Below, piece by piece: positions 21,249 to 30,056 of a stretch of 63,315 nt of DNA (position 1 is its first letter; each line of letters begins with the position of its first letter). The stretch is taken from the NCBI GenBank assembly GCA_032718475.1, contig JAUCBJ010006542.1:1-63315 (forward strand), given 5' to 3'. Both the position numbers and the translations under genes were made by a program. The notes beneath the pieces were generated by a model. The model ran no database searches. It worked only from the letters and a program-made list of their open reading frames with translations, and was not told the DNA's origin. Source of the stretch: Nemertoderma westbladi. Taxonomy: Eukaryota; Animalia; Xenacoelomorpha.

Positions 21249-24200
21249 TTATCGCTCGGCGGGGTTTATTCTGTTGAGTGCAGACAGATTAGCTGATCCA
21301 TGTCGGACGCGGTCTGTCTGTCTGTCGGACCCTAGAGCATCGCCGCTTGGCGGTGAAAGTCCGGATAGTGTATCCATGGTGACTACGGGCAACGCGGACA
21401 TTGAGGAGGACAACGAGTTGTTAGAGAAACCGAGACGCGGAGATACTCTCTGATTGGTGAAGGAACTCCCCGGCCGCTGATTGGCTACCGGGGAGAGCGT
21501 GGTGGGTTCGGGCACAGGAGTGGGCGCGGTGGGAATCGCGTAGCTAACCAGCCGTTCTAGGAACCGCTGCGGGAGACACAGGTCGGTGGAGGGGTTGTGG
21601 CTGAAGTTGCCGCCGGCGATGCGCCACAGCCCACCGAATCCTTTACTCTGGGCGAACACCTGGGCGACGGGGGGCGTTGTGGATCGTCGCAACGCGTTCC
21701 CGACGATCCGGTGAACCGCTGAGAGGATCCCCGGGTCCGAACTCGTCGCCACTAGTTGGTTTATCGGCGCGTCGAGATGGGCAACCGGAAACGCGTTGGG
21801 TAGGATGTCGCTGGCCTCAGCGAGGTATTCGTAGAGGACAGCCAACTCGGTAGGGTCGGATCGGTTCCGGGCCTGGATCGCGAGGACGCTGAGCAGCAGA
21901 GCTTGCGACAACGGCGTGGTGATGGCGACTGGATCGAGGAGGGCGTGGCATTGCGGGGGTTCGGGAGCGGGTGCGGGGGTAGGTGCGGGCGGCTCCTCGC
22001 TGGTGCTCGAGTGACGACAGGGAAGCGGTGGGGGTGTCTGGTGCTGCGCGGTTGATGGGATCTTAAGCGACTGGGAGGTGGTGGGGCGAGCCGTGCTGCT
22101 AGGCCAACCGCTGTAGGATTGCCGTTGGGTTCCGCTATCCAACGACTTCGAGGGTTCGAGACAGGCGCTGCGACGTGGCAAGTACTGGTCGGCGGACCGG
22201 TGAGGACCAACTCGTTTACCCTGCGGACGGGTGGGTTGCTCGGATACAGCCAATCGGCTGTCAGGAGCGCGTCTATTGTTTGAACTGACCAATAAACGAG
22301 CCGAGGGAACCAGTTTGCTTTTGACTTCCGGTGAGACCGGAAGTAGTGCTGCCAAGTACGCTATGGATGATGATGTCACCTCGAAAGGGTCATTCCTATT
22401 GGCCACGAGTCTGAGAAGAGTAGACAGCAGTGATATCGCATCCTTGGAAACAGATGGGCTGCTCACCCCCTTCAGCAAATGACCAACCAACGCAAAATTA
22501 AAATCAGTTTTAAAACTCAAACCTATTTCGCTTTCCATGACTTTAAAAACGGCTTCCAGCGGCTCATACAAACTCATAAAGTAACTGGCGGGTGTCTCAT
22601 TCTCAAAGACTCCTTGGCATTTTAAAGTCAGAATAGTCTGCTGCAACAGGCCCAATCCGAGTTCATACAATCGAGATTCATCGGTCTGTAAAACCGCAAT
22701 GGCGAACCAGAAGAGAACGCGGTGGCAGGGGGAGTCAGTTGGGAGGAGCGGCTGCAGACTACGGAGGCAAACAACGGTCGCGTCCAACACGGCCACCTCT
22801 TCCTGACTGTAGTTATCCTTTGCAGTCGCAATCATCAGCAGCCGCTTAATGATGGCGTCGTCGGCGGACTTACTGACGCAGCCAAGCACTACGAGAGCGC
22901 GATGCTGAAAGGCGGGGTTGCGCACCAACGCGAACTGCCTTGCCAACTCGGACCATTCCCGCACCCAATGACACTCGTAGATGTCCCGACTGCAGTGCCA
23001 CAACACCTCCATCAGATGGTCCGAGATAATCTCGAGACTCGGGATGACTCCGCGATGGTTGACGGTGCGGCGATGTCCTGGTTCCGGTTTAAAGGCGACA
23101 ACCGCGGAGTTCTTTGTGTCTTTCAACCCAAAACATTTGTAGCAGCTGGTCTGGGTGAACTCGTTTAGAGTGTCACGAAGGACGCATTTAGTCGTCTCAC
23201 TGAAGGAAACACTCTTACAGGTGTAAAGTGAGTGGATAATATTAACTACCATATTGTGGGTTGAGGCCTTTATGAATAAAGAACCAGTGGCGACAATCAT
23301 AGAGACTATGTGGCAGAGTTGGGGGAGGTGGTTAGTGACATCGAGGTTGTTGTTGAAGGATAACATTAGAAGGAAGCGAATGAGGATCTCGATTCCATAC
23401 CAGCAGATGTTCCTCTCAATAGAATAAAAAATATCGCTGGAAGTTTTCGCGATTTGTATACACAAACGGGTGATGATTTTGGATGAGACAACTCGCATGT
23501 TGGTGGATGCGAGGGCCACTGCCGTGTTGGCCATCACCTCGGAGTCGGGGGAGCCAAGGCCTCTACGAATCGCCATATCTATGAGGTTGTCGAGAACAAG
23601 GTCAATGATTTCCTCGTCCCGACCAATGTTGCTCCAGACCTTGGCTTGTATCGAGGGATACATCTGGTGCTCTTGGAGAGTCATCTTGATGAGATTCTGG
23701 AGGATGGTAACTACTTTCTGCCGTTTCGATTCATCATTGCAGAACCGCGTTAAGTTGGCCAACCACGGTGCCATGAACTGCAGACAGAGGTGTTTGATTT
23801 CGATTGGCGACTTGCCTGAGTCCATTTTTAGGAGATGAGAGATGCATTCCTGTAGGAACTCGAGGGTTAGATGGGCCTCGGAGCGGGCGAGGGTCTCGGA
23901 GATGCCCACAATGAACATGGTATTGTTCACCGGGATGCACATACTAGATGTCTCGAGGATCTGGTCATTGATCATCAGATTGAAGGATTGTACGAGGGCG
24001 CAGAGGAGGTTGTACGCGGCGGAGCGGAGTTGAGGGTCCCCGGTGCCAAGGTTGATAAGCGCGATGTTGAGAAGCGTGCCGGGAACATCCTTCGGTCGAA
24101 GTCGCGAACGTGACGAACTCTCATTGCTCTGAGACAATTCGTATCTTGAGATAATGTGACATATAGAACTGATGATCACTTTGTACTCAGCATGGAAGAA

Positions 24201-27200
24201 CAACAAAGGCACTGAACTGTTCTTCAGTTGGAGAGACAGTTGTGTTGCATCGGAGATGCGGCAGCTCTCAATCTCATTTGCGAAAATCACATCATTAAGA
24301 TAAACATCGTGGCCAAGAATCTTGGTTTTATCTGCAGAGGTAATCTGGACAGATTTACGGCCGATTTTAATCGTGACCTTAACATCCTTGTTTCCGACTT
24401 TAAGGGCATTCGTGTAAACTCTGAGGTCTTCTTCCAAGCAGGTCGCTGGGTTAGGCAGATGATTTACATCCATCAATTCGAGCACTGATCGCCACGACTC
24501 AACAAACATCATCTTGCGGTGGTTCTTAAGAGAAGATAAAGTCCTCTCATAGTGCTTCACATATTCTTTTAGAAAGCTGTTCGCATTGTAGATGTAGACC
24601 ATGTGGAGGTTGACCAGCGCTTTTGGAAACCAAGTCATCCATTGGATGAGAAACTCGGAGGTGTATTTATTCTCCAAACTAAAATGAGTGAAGTCCATAA
24701 CCACAACAAAAGGTTTCCGAGTGAAATGCTTCAATGTCGATATTACCAGCAGCATAAGATGATTTGTAGTGACTTGACTGAACTTGTATCTCCTAGCGAT
24801 GTAAAAAAATACGGGATATCCTTGTTTTGATAATCCAGATTGATAGAAAACTCCAGATTGAGTTAAAGCTTTATAATCGGATGACTGATGAACCATACTC
24901 CGGTTCACAATAAACTCCTCAAAATCTTGAAAAGTGATACTAAATGTGTCGATACCTAGTATGTCTGTTTGCAATTTGTGTTCAGGGCGACCCAGATGGG
25001 CTAACGTTTGTATCATTTTATTAAAAGAACGTCTCCCTGCATCTTTGTGCGCAAGATTGCTGATGTAGTTTCCCAAGCGAACCTGGTTGCTCCACAGGAT
25101 GTGGTGTAGAATGTTCATCATTGATTCGATCACATAGGTGGATGTGGGGGTTATCTCCACTGAGGGGACATTATCCGAGGCAATCTCGCGAATAAATGCG
25201 GACCCAGCCTCGAAGTTTTTATCAAGAAAGTCATTGAAGGGCAGCATGTATTGCTCCTTTGTGAATTTAATTTGGTTAGCTATGGATTGCAGAATCTTAG
25301 ACATGAGTGTGAGTCCGCGTTTCAGTTTATCTGATGGCTGTGAGGTGGATAAAGACATATCGAAAGGATTGAGGATAGCCGGAATAAAAAACCGAAGGAA
25401 TATCGCACTGCCCACAGCACTGACAGCAATGCGCGGGTAGGATTTGGCGACTACCTGGTACAGCGTATGGCAAATACTGCGGAGTTGAACTGGGAATTTA
25501 TCAACATTGCTGATAATATGAGTGAAGAAATTGGATGTGAGCCTAACGAGATTGATTTGATTCTGTCGAATACTTTCTCCAGGAGTAAGACGAGTTTCAT
25601 CCACCTCATAGCTCAAATCATCTCTCATACTCACCTCGATTAAAGGCTGAAAGAGATCAATAAGGTAATTGGTCCCGTAATATTTAAAACTATAAGTCAT
25701 GCACTTACTGGTCAAACAATTGCCCCGTAACATTGTGTGCACTGAGTCAACACTCGCCACAGCTACCTCTTTATTAAGTAGATTCCAGAGGAGATTTGTC
25801 ACCATGTGCTTCGTGTCGAACAAATAAACCAGAACCCGGGCCAGATCGTCCAACTGCGGACTCGGTACAACCTCGGCAAGGGCCATCGCGATAGGCAGGT
25901 CTCCCTTGTCTCCTATAGTGGTGACAAACTCGACTAGCCGGTCGAACCTATCAGCCCGCACACTCTCGGCTAGGGTGTGGAACTGCGTGCCCTGGTGGAG
26001 AATGTCCGTGAGAACTTGAATAAAGGTAAATCGAGTAGCTAAATCGCTATGGTAACCAAGATCAATAGATTGTTTCAAGCCTGACTCGATATTAGTACTC
26101 AATAAATTGCCCATGGCAGTCACTGTTGATTGTCTCAACTGCGCTATGCTCCCATTGCCATCATTCAAGGCTCCACCAGCTCCATTCTCAGATCCTGTAC
26201 ACTCAGTTTCAGAACAACAAATCAACAACTTTTTAAATAAAGTCAGGTATTTTACAAATAAATCCGATTTTGCCTTATCCAGGTTTCCATTGTCATTCTC
26301 ATCTGGCTGAAGAGGCAAACCATCCAGCAGGGAAGCTATTGCATTCATAGTGGACAAGTCGAGCTCATATGACATAGACTTTGTCTCCATTTTATCTGCT
26401 GAAGTTGATGAACTTCTCACAGTTTCCGAGAAACCCATAATCCAATCGATAAGATACTCAACAAGTTTATTGCGAAATTTCATCTCCTGTCTGAAGGTGA
26501 GTTCGTCTTTCCATTTCATTGTCACTTCAACTAAATTGCACACTAGTCCCTTAAGTTTAAAATCCTTCGGGGAGTTCTCCAAACAATGGGCATACTTAAC
26601 CAAAGAAAGAGTCATATCCTCTGTGCTGAGATCAGCCAACCAATTAAATCTATTTTCCAATTTAGATTCTAGAATTTTAATAACAATATAAATCACTTGC
26701 TCAACAAATAATGTATGTGGTTCTGATATGATAACTTGGCCAGAAGTTTCGAAGAATTTCGTTAGTTGGATTGTTATTTGTTCAAATAGCAGAGGATATA
26801 ACAAAACATTTAATTCCGAGCCAATAATATCTTTAGTCTTTGTTATAATTGTTGGGCCCATTCTATCATTTGAGCATACAAGTAGTTTGAGAAGCGTGTT
26901 TATAAACTCTTCTGGAGTTATTGTGGAATTGGTGATACTGTCGAGAGTCTGACATCCTAATATTGGTGACAGAGATGTTGTCGAAGCTGAGACAGCTGAC
27001 CCAGCTATGGTGTAGATACTCACTACAGAGCTGCGGTTCCGAAAAGCTTTGTTTATTGAGGCAGGTGGTAGACAAATCGCACCCAAAGAGCACAGAAACC
27101 CCGTCATATTGGCCCACTCCTTGAGCTTATCGGATTGGGACAAACTCACGGCATCGAACACTGGGCTAATAGGTAAATCGTCGGATATTTTGATCTTGCT

Positions 27201-29606
27201 GCTGGGCACAAGAGTCGAATAGGCGGCGTTCCACATGCTCGCTGTTTCCTGCCAGGCGTTGAAACTTCCCGGCGTCAGTTGATGCTGACGGCGAATAATT
27301 TCGCGGATCTTTAGTTGAAGGGCCTCTGGACTGGACGGAATGCTGCGAGAAAGATAACCAAGTTCCTGATAAATTAAAATAACTGGATTAGAATAAAGAT
27401 TATCTTCAGCCACACGTAATTGCGACTCTTTTAAAAGATAATTAAAGCATGAAAGAGCCATCATAACTGAATCAATGTCTGTGGACCACAGGAACACATA
27501 TAGAGCAGCTTCCAGGGTGGATGTTGCTTGCTTACATGTAGACGGATTACAGGTATCCAATAATTTAAATTCAGGGTCACTGACCTTCAAGTTGGAGAGA
27601 AACTCTATTCGTTTATCCAAGATTTCGCGGAGCCAACAAAGAATGTCCAGACTATTGTAGAGTTGTCTACTCTTGAGTTTATTGCAAATCCGATAAAGGG
27701 CGTTAGAGCTTTTGTCCCAGAATGTCTCTCTGGGCGCTTCAGGATTCCACAAGTCGATGTTCACCAGCTGGTGCAAACAGAGCACAGCTTTCATCGCCTC
27801 GTGAATGATGTCTGGTCGAGTCGGAGGTTTCTGGGTGACCACAATACTCACTAGACCATTAATGATCTCCAAAGTATGCGACTGTATCTCGTGACCCGAG
27901 CCCGAGCCAAAGTAAAACACAACCATAGGGTGCTCATGAACCATCTTCACCAACCACCATAACAAGTCCTTTGTGTGACCTTCATCAGATTTGTCCTTCT
28001 TTAGGGAAGGTAGGCGTTCCTTGATGTGGGACTGCGCGGATCTTAATGATGATGAGGAATGGTGTGTGGACATCTCGAAGTAACCCAGTCTCTCCAGGGT
28101 GTCTGTAAACAGATGGCGTAAGTCAGGACTGAAACTCCTCAAAGTTTCCAGGCAACTAAATTTTAGTCGGTGTCTAGTGGAGAACTCGTACAATGACCGC
28201 ACCATCACCAAATGATAAATAATAGGACTAGAGAGCTGCATACAATCCTTGAAATGGTGGGTAGGATTCTCTTCGAACTCAATGCAGTTGATACAGCATT
28301 GGATCATAAGTTCAATTTCAGCAGCCTGATCTGGGCCAAGTCGAATAGACTTGCTTGAAACAAACAAGAGGTTCCTTAAGTGTCTCTGTAACTCAGTCAG
28401 ATGTGAAGCCAAATAAAATGTGGTTAGTACTTCAAGCGCTCCAATAGTCAATAATATTGTGATCGACTTGCAGATCTCAACACTGGCTACTACTGCTGGT
28501 TCTGAGAGAAGTTTCGCGTCCTTTGATGCCCCATGAGCGGCGAGCAACGCCAAACTCTTTCTAACATTTTCAAGCACAGTTTGCTTCTTCACCAAGGAGG
28601 TAGAATGACTGTCGTGAGGCATTACGGAGGAGAGAACAACACCAGTGTCTTTACTGTCTTTGTTCAATCTGTCAATTTCACCCAAAATTTGCATCAGAGA
28701 TTTTGGACTAAGAGCTATCAGCATACACTGCAACGGCCAAACTAGAGACCATTTACGTTTATCTTTTTCTTTCTCAGCATATAGATCAAGCATATCAAAT
28801 AAATATAAACAGACATCATCTAATTCTTTATTAGGAGTCACAGATATTCCTTTATACTCCTGCGTGTGTCGTGTCAACCAATTACGTAATGCTGTCTCCA
28901 GTTGCATAATCAGAATCGTTTGAAATGATCTCTTCAAGTGTTTAAACTGTCTGTTTGTTCCTTTGAGGAGTATGATCAGCTGGTTGACATCCATGTTGAT
29001 GTGCTGCAGCAGAGAAAGATCGCAAAAATCATCACATTCTCCATCACCACTGAGTCCGGCCACCCCGGTTGAGGGTTGGAGTCGCGCGAATATTCGACTG
29101 AACACAATATCTGTGTGATTAATAGACAAGGCGAAGACAACCCGCGATGCAGCCTCCTTTAATTCGGAGCTCAGGTGACTTTGATTGTCGGTGGTCCCGT
29201 GAGGGTAAAGCAGTTTACACACTTCGATGAGGATTTGTTTGAGGGCAAGGTCATTGACCTGGCCGCAGTAAGTAGTGTCGGGATGTGGATCATTCGTTGA
29301 GACCGCTGCCGAAGATGGGGGAGTGAGGCATTCCTCCAGAGTGTTCAGGATGATCAACCGGCGGGACAGAAGATTGCGTTCGCCATCGGGGGCTAGAATG
29401 CGCATGTTGTTCCCGGAGATTAACATTGAGTAGAGCGCGTTGATGACAGCAGTGAATCGGTAGCGTGAGACATTGACGAGACAGGAACGCACCTGTTGTT
29501 GGATGTCCTCCCGACAAGGTGTGGATGTTGAGTTGACCGTGGGAAGCTGGTTAAGGAATCTTTGAGTGACTGCCTTTACCCAGTCCGCTTGTCTGCTCTG
29601 AGTCAT
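21249..29606 (-). CDS. NF1: Neurofibromin (Ras GTPase-activating protein), full length, single-exon CDS of 2785 aa
   Basis: N-terminus DWVKAVTQRFLNQLP, plus EWANMTGFLCSLG, FRQEMKFRNKLVEYL and LLDGLPLQP. The GAP domain has the arginine finger LRGN (codon 25725-25727), FLRFFIPAI and RGLTLMSKILQSIAN. Sec14-PH module (FYQSG.SKQGYPVFFYIARRY), RPKDVPGTLLNIALINLG, EAHLTLEFL and FNFALVGHLLKG follow. Length equals typical NF1. Confidence 0.97.
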   Translation of the reverse strand: MTQSRQADWVKAVTQRFLNQLPTVNSTSTPCREDIQQQVRSCLVNVSRYRFTAVINALYSMLISGNNMRILAPDGERNLLSRRLIILNTLEECLTPPSSAAVSTNDPHPDTTYCGQVNDLALKQILIEVCKLLYPHGTTDNQSHLSSELKEAASRVVFALSINHTDIVFSRIFARLQPSTGVAGLSGDGECDDFCDLSLLQHINMDVNQLIILLKGTNRQFKHLKRSFQTILIMQLETALRNWLTRHTQEYKGISVTPNKELDDVCLYLFDMLDLYAEKEKDKRKWSLVWPLQCMLIALSPKSLMQILGEIDRLNKDSKDTGVVLSSVMPHDSHSTSLVKKQTVLENVRKSLALLAAHGASKDAKLLSEPAVVASVEICKSITILLTIGALEVLTTFYLASHLTELQRHLRNLLFVSSKSIRLGPDQAAEIELMIQCCINCIEFEENPTHHFKDCMQLSSPIIYHLVMVRSLYEFSTRHRLKFSCLETLRSFSPDLRHLFTDTLERLGYFEMSTHHSSSSLRSAQSHIKERLPSLKKDKSDEGHTKDLLWWLVKMVHEHPMVVFYFGSGSGHEIQSHTLEIINGLVSIVVTQKPPTRPDIIHEAMKAVLCLHQLVNIDLWNPEAPRETFWDKSSNALYRICNKLKSRQLYNSLDILCWLREILDKRIEFLSNLKVSDPEFKLLDTCNPSTCKQATSTLEAALYVFLWSTDIDSVMMALSCFNYLLKESQLRVAEDNLYSNPVILIYQELGYLSRSIPSSPEALQLKIREIIRRQHQLTPGSFNAWQETASMWNAAYSTLVPSSKIKISDDLPISPVFDAVSLSQSDKLKEWANMTGFLCSLGAICLPPASINKAFRNRSSVVSIYTIAGSAVSASTTSLSPILGCQTLDSITNSTITPEEFINTLLKLLVCSNDRMGPTIITKTKDIIGSELNVLLYPLLFEQITIQLTKFFETSGQVIISEPHTLFVEQVIYIVIKILESKLENRFNWLADLSTEDMTLSLVKYAHCLENSPKDFKLKGLVCNLVEVTMKWKDELTFRQEMKFRNKLVEYLIDWIMGFSETVRSSSTSADKMETKSMSYELDLSTMNAIASLLDGLPLQPDENDNGNLDKAKSDLFVKYLTLFKKLLICCSETECTGSENGAGGALNDGNGSIAQLRQSTVTAMGNLLSTNIESGLKQSIDLGYHSDLATRFTFIQVLTDILHQGTQFHTLAESVRADRFDRLVEFVTTIGDKGDLPIAMALAEVVPSPQLDDLARVLVYLFDTKHMVTNLLWNLLNKEVAVASVDSVHTMLRGNCLTSKCMTYSFKYYGTNYLIDLFQPLIEVSMRDDLSYEVDETRLTPGESIRQNQINLVRLTSNFFTHIISNVDKFPVQLRSICHTLYQVVAKSYPRIAVSAVGSAIFLRFFIPAILNPFDMSLSTSQPSDKLKRGLTLMSKILQSIANQIKFTKEQYMLPFNDFLDKNFEAGSAFIREIASDNVPSVEITPTSTYVIESMMNILHHILWSNQVRLGNYISNLAHKDAGRRSFNKMIQTLAHLGRPEHKLQTDILGIDTFSITFQDFEEFIVNRSMVHQSSDYKALTQSGVFYQSGLSKQGYPVFFYIARRYKFSQVTTNHLMLLVISTLKHFTRKPFVVVMDFTHFSLENKYTSEFLIQWMTWFPKALVNLHMVYIYNANSFLKEYVKHYERTLSSLKNHRKMMFVESWRSVLELMDVNHLPNPATCLEEDLRVYTNALKVGNKDVKVTIKIGRKSVQITSADKTKILGHDVYLNDVIFANEIESCRISDATQLSLQLKNSSVPLLFFHAEYKVIISSICHIISRYELSQSNESSSRSRLRPKDVPGTLLNIALINLGTGDPQLRSAAYNLLCALVQSFNLMINDQILETSSMCIPVNNTMFIVGISETLARSEAHLTLEFLQECISHLLKMDSGKSPIEIKHLCLQFMAPWLANLTRFCNDESKRQKVVTILQNLIKMTLQEHQMYPSIQAKVWSNIGRDEEIIDLVLDNLIDMAIRRGLGSPDSEVMANTAVALASTNMRVVSSKIITRLCIQIAKTSSDIFYSIERNICWYGIEILIRFLLMLSFNNNLDVTNHLPQLCHIVSMIVATGSLFIKASTHNMVVNIIHSLYTCKSVSFSETTKCVLRDTLNEFTQTSCYKCFGLKDTKNSAVVAFKPEPGHRRTVNHRGVIPSLEIISDHLMEVLWHCSRDIYECHWVREWSELARQFALVRNPAFQHRALVVLGCVSKSADDAIIKRLLMIATAKDNYSQEEVAVLDATVVCLRSLQPLLPTDSPCHRVLFWFAIAVLQTDESRLYELGLGLLQQTILTLKCQGVFENETPASYFMSLYEPLEAVFKVMESEIGLSFKTDFNFALVGHLLKGVSSPSVSKDAISLLSTLLRLVANRNDPFEVTSSSIAYLAALLPVSPEVKSKLVPSARLLVSSNNRRAPDSRLAVSEQPTRPQGKRVGPHRSADQYLPRRSACLEPSKSLDSGTQRQSYSGWPSSTARPTTSQSLKIPSTAQHQTPPPLPCRHSSTSEEPPAPTPAPAPEPPQCHALLDPVAITTPLSQALLLSVLAIQARNRSDPTELAVLYEYLAEASDILPNAFPVAHLDAPINQLVATSSDPGILSAVHRIVGNALRRSTTPPVAQVFAQSKGFGGLWRIAGGNFSHNPSTDLCLPQRFLERLVSYAIPTAPTPVPEPTTLSPVANQRPGSSFTNQRVSPRLGFSNNSLSSSMSALPVVTMDTLSGLSPPSGDALGSDRQTDRVRHGSANLSALNRINPAER

Positions 29607-29726
29607 TATGGAGCGAACAACACCAGTGCTACACAGCTATGGCGAAACTCAATCTAAAAAGGGGGATTATTTAAGTGAAAGAATGTGTGAATATATTTAT
29701 AATGCTGCAACTATAACTATAATATT

Positions 29727-29823
29727 CGGGATCCCGTTCACAAAAAGTAGGGATTTGGACTGGGATTACATTTTTGCGCTGTGATCCAAATTTTTCAGGA
29801 TCTTGATCCCGTTTTAACACTAG
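29727..29823. mobile_element. Small MITE-like remnant (cgggatcccg ... gatcccgttttaacacta) just upstream of NF1
   Basis: Repeated gggat/atcccg motifs and a terminus-like ttttaacactag. A matching left terminus was not found. Confidence 0.3.
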
Positions 29824-30056
29824 GACTAGAGGTATGTTTATAATAGTCACATTTTATAACACAAACAGTAAGGTGTGTTGGTGTGTCATTAATAAGGCTT
29901 AAAATAACACTTTTGGAAATACGGTTATCTCTACCCCCACAATAATATTTGTTTATCAGCACAAAAGATTAGCTGTTGGGATTCTCACAATTTAATCAGA
30001 AAAATGTTGACTTATCTTTTTTACATGATTTTTGGAAATAAAAAAAAACATTGGTA

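Noticed and set aside
20900-21249. Poly-A tail or TSD indicating NF1 is a recent processed pseudogene
   Set aside because: No A-tract or flanking duplication is visible downstream of the stop, and the ORF is intact over 2785 codons.
21761-29517. Many small ORFs overlapping NF1 on both strands
   Set aside because: They have no recognisable motifs and are expected by-products of a long coding sequence.
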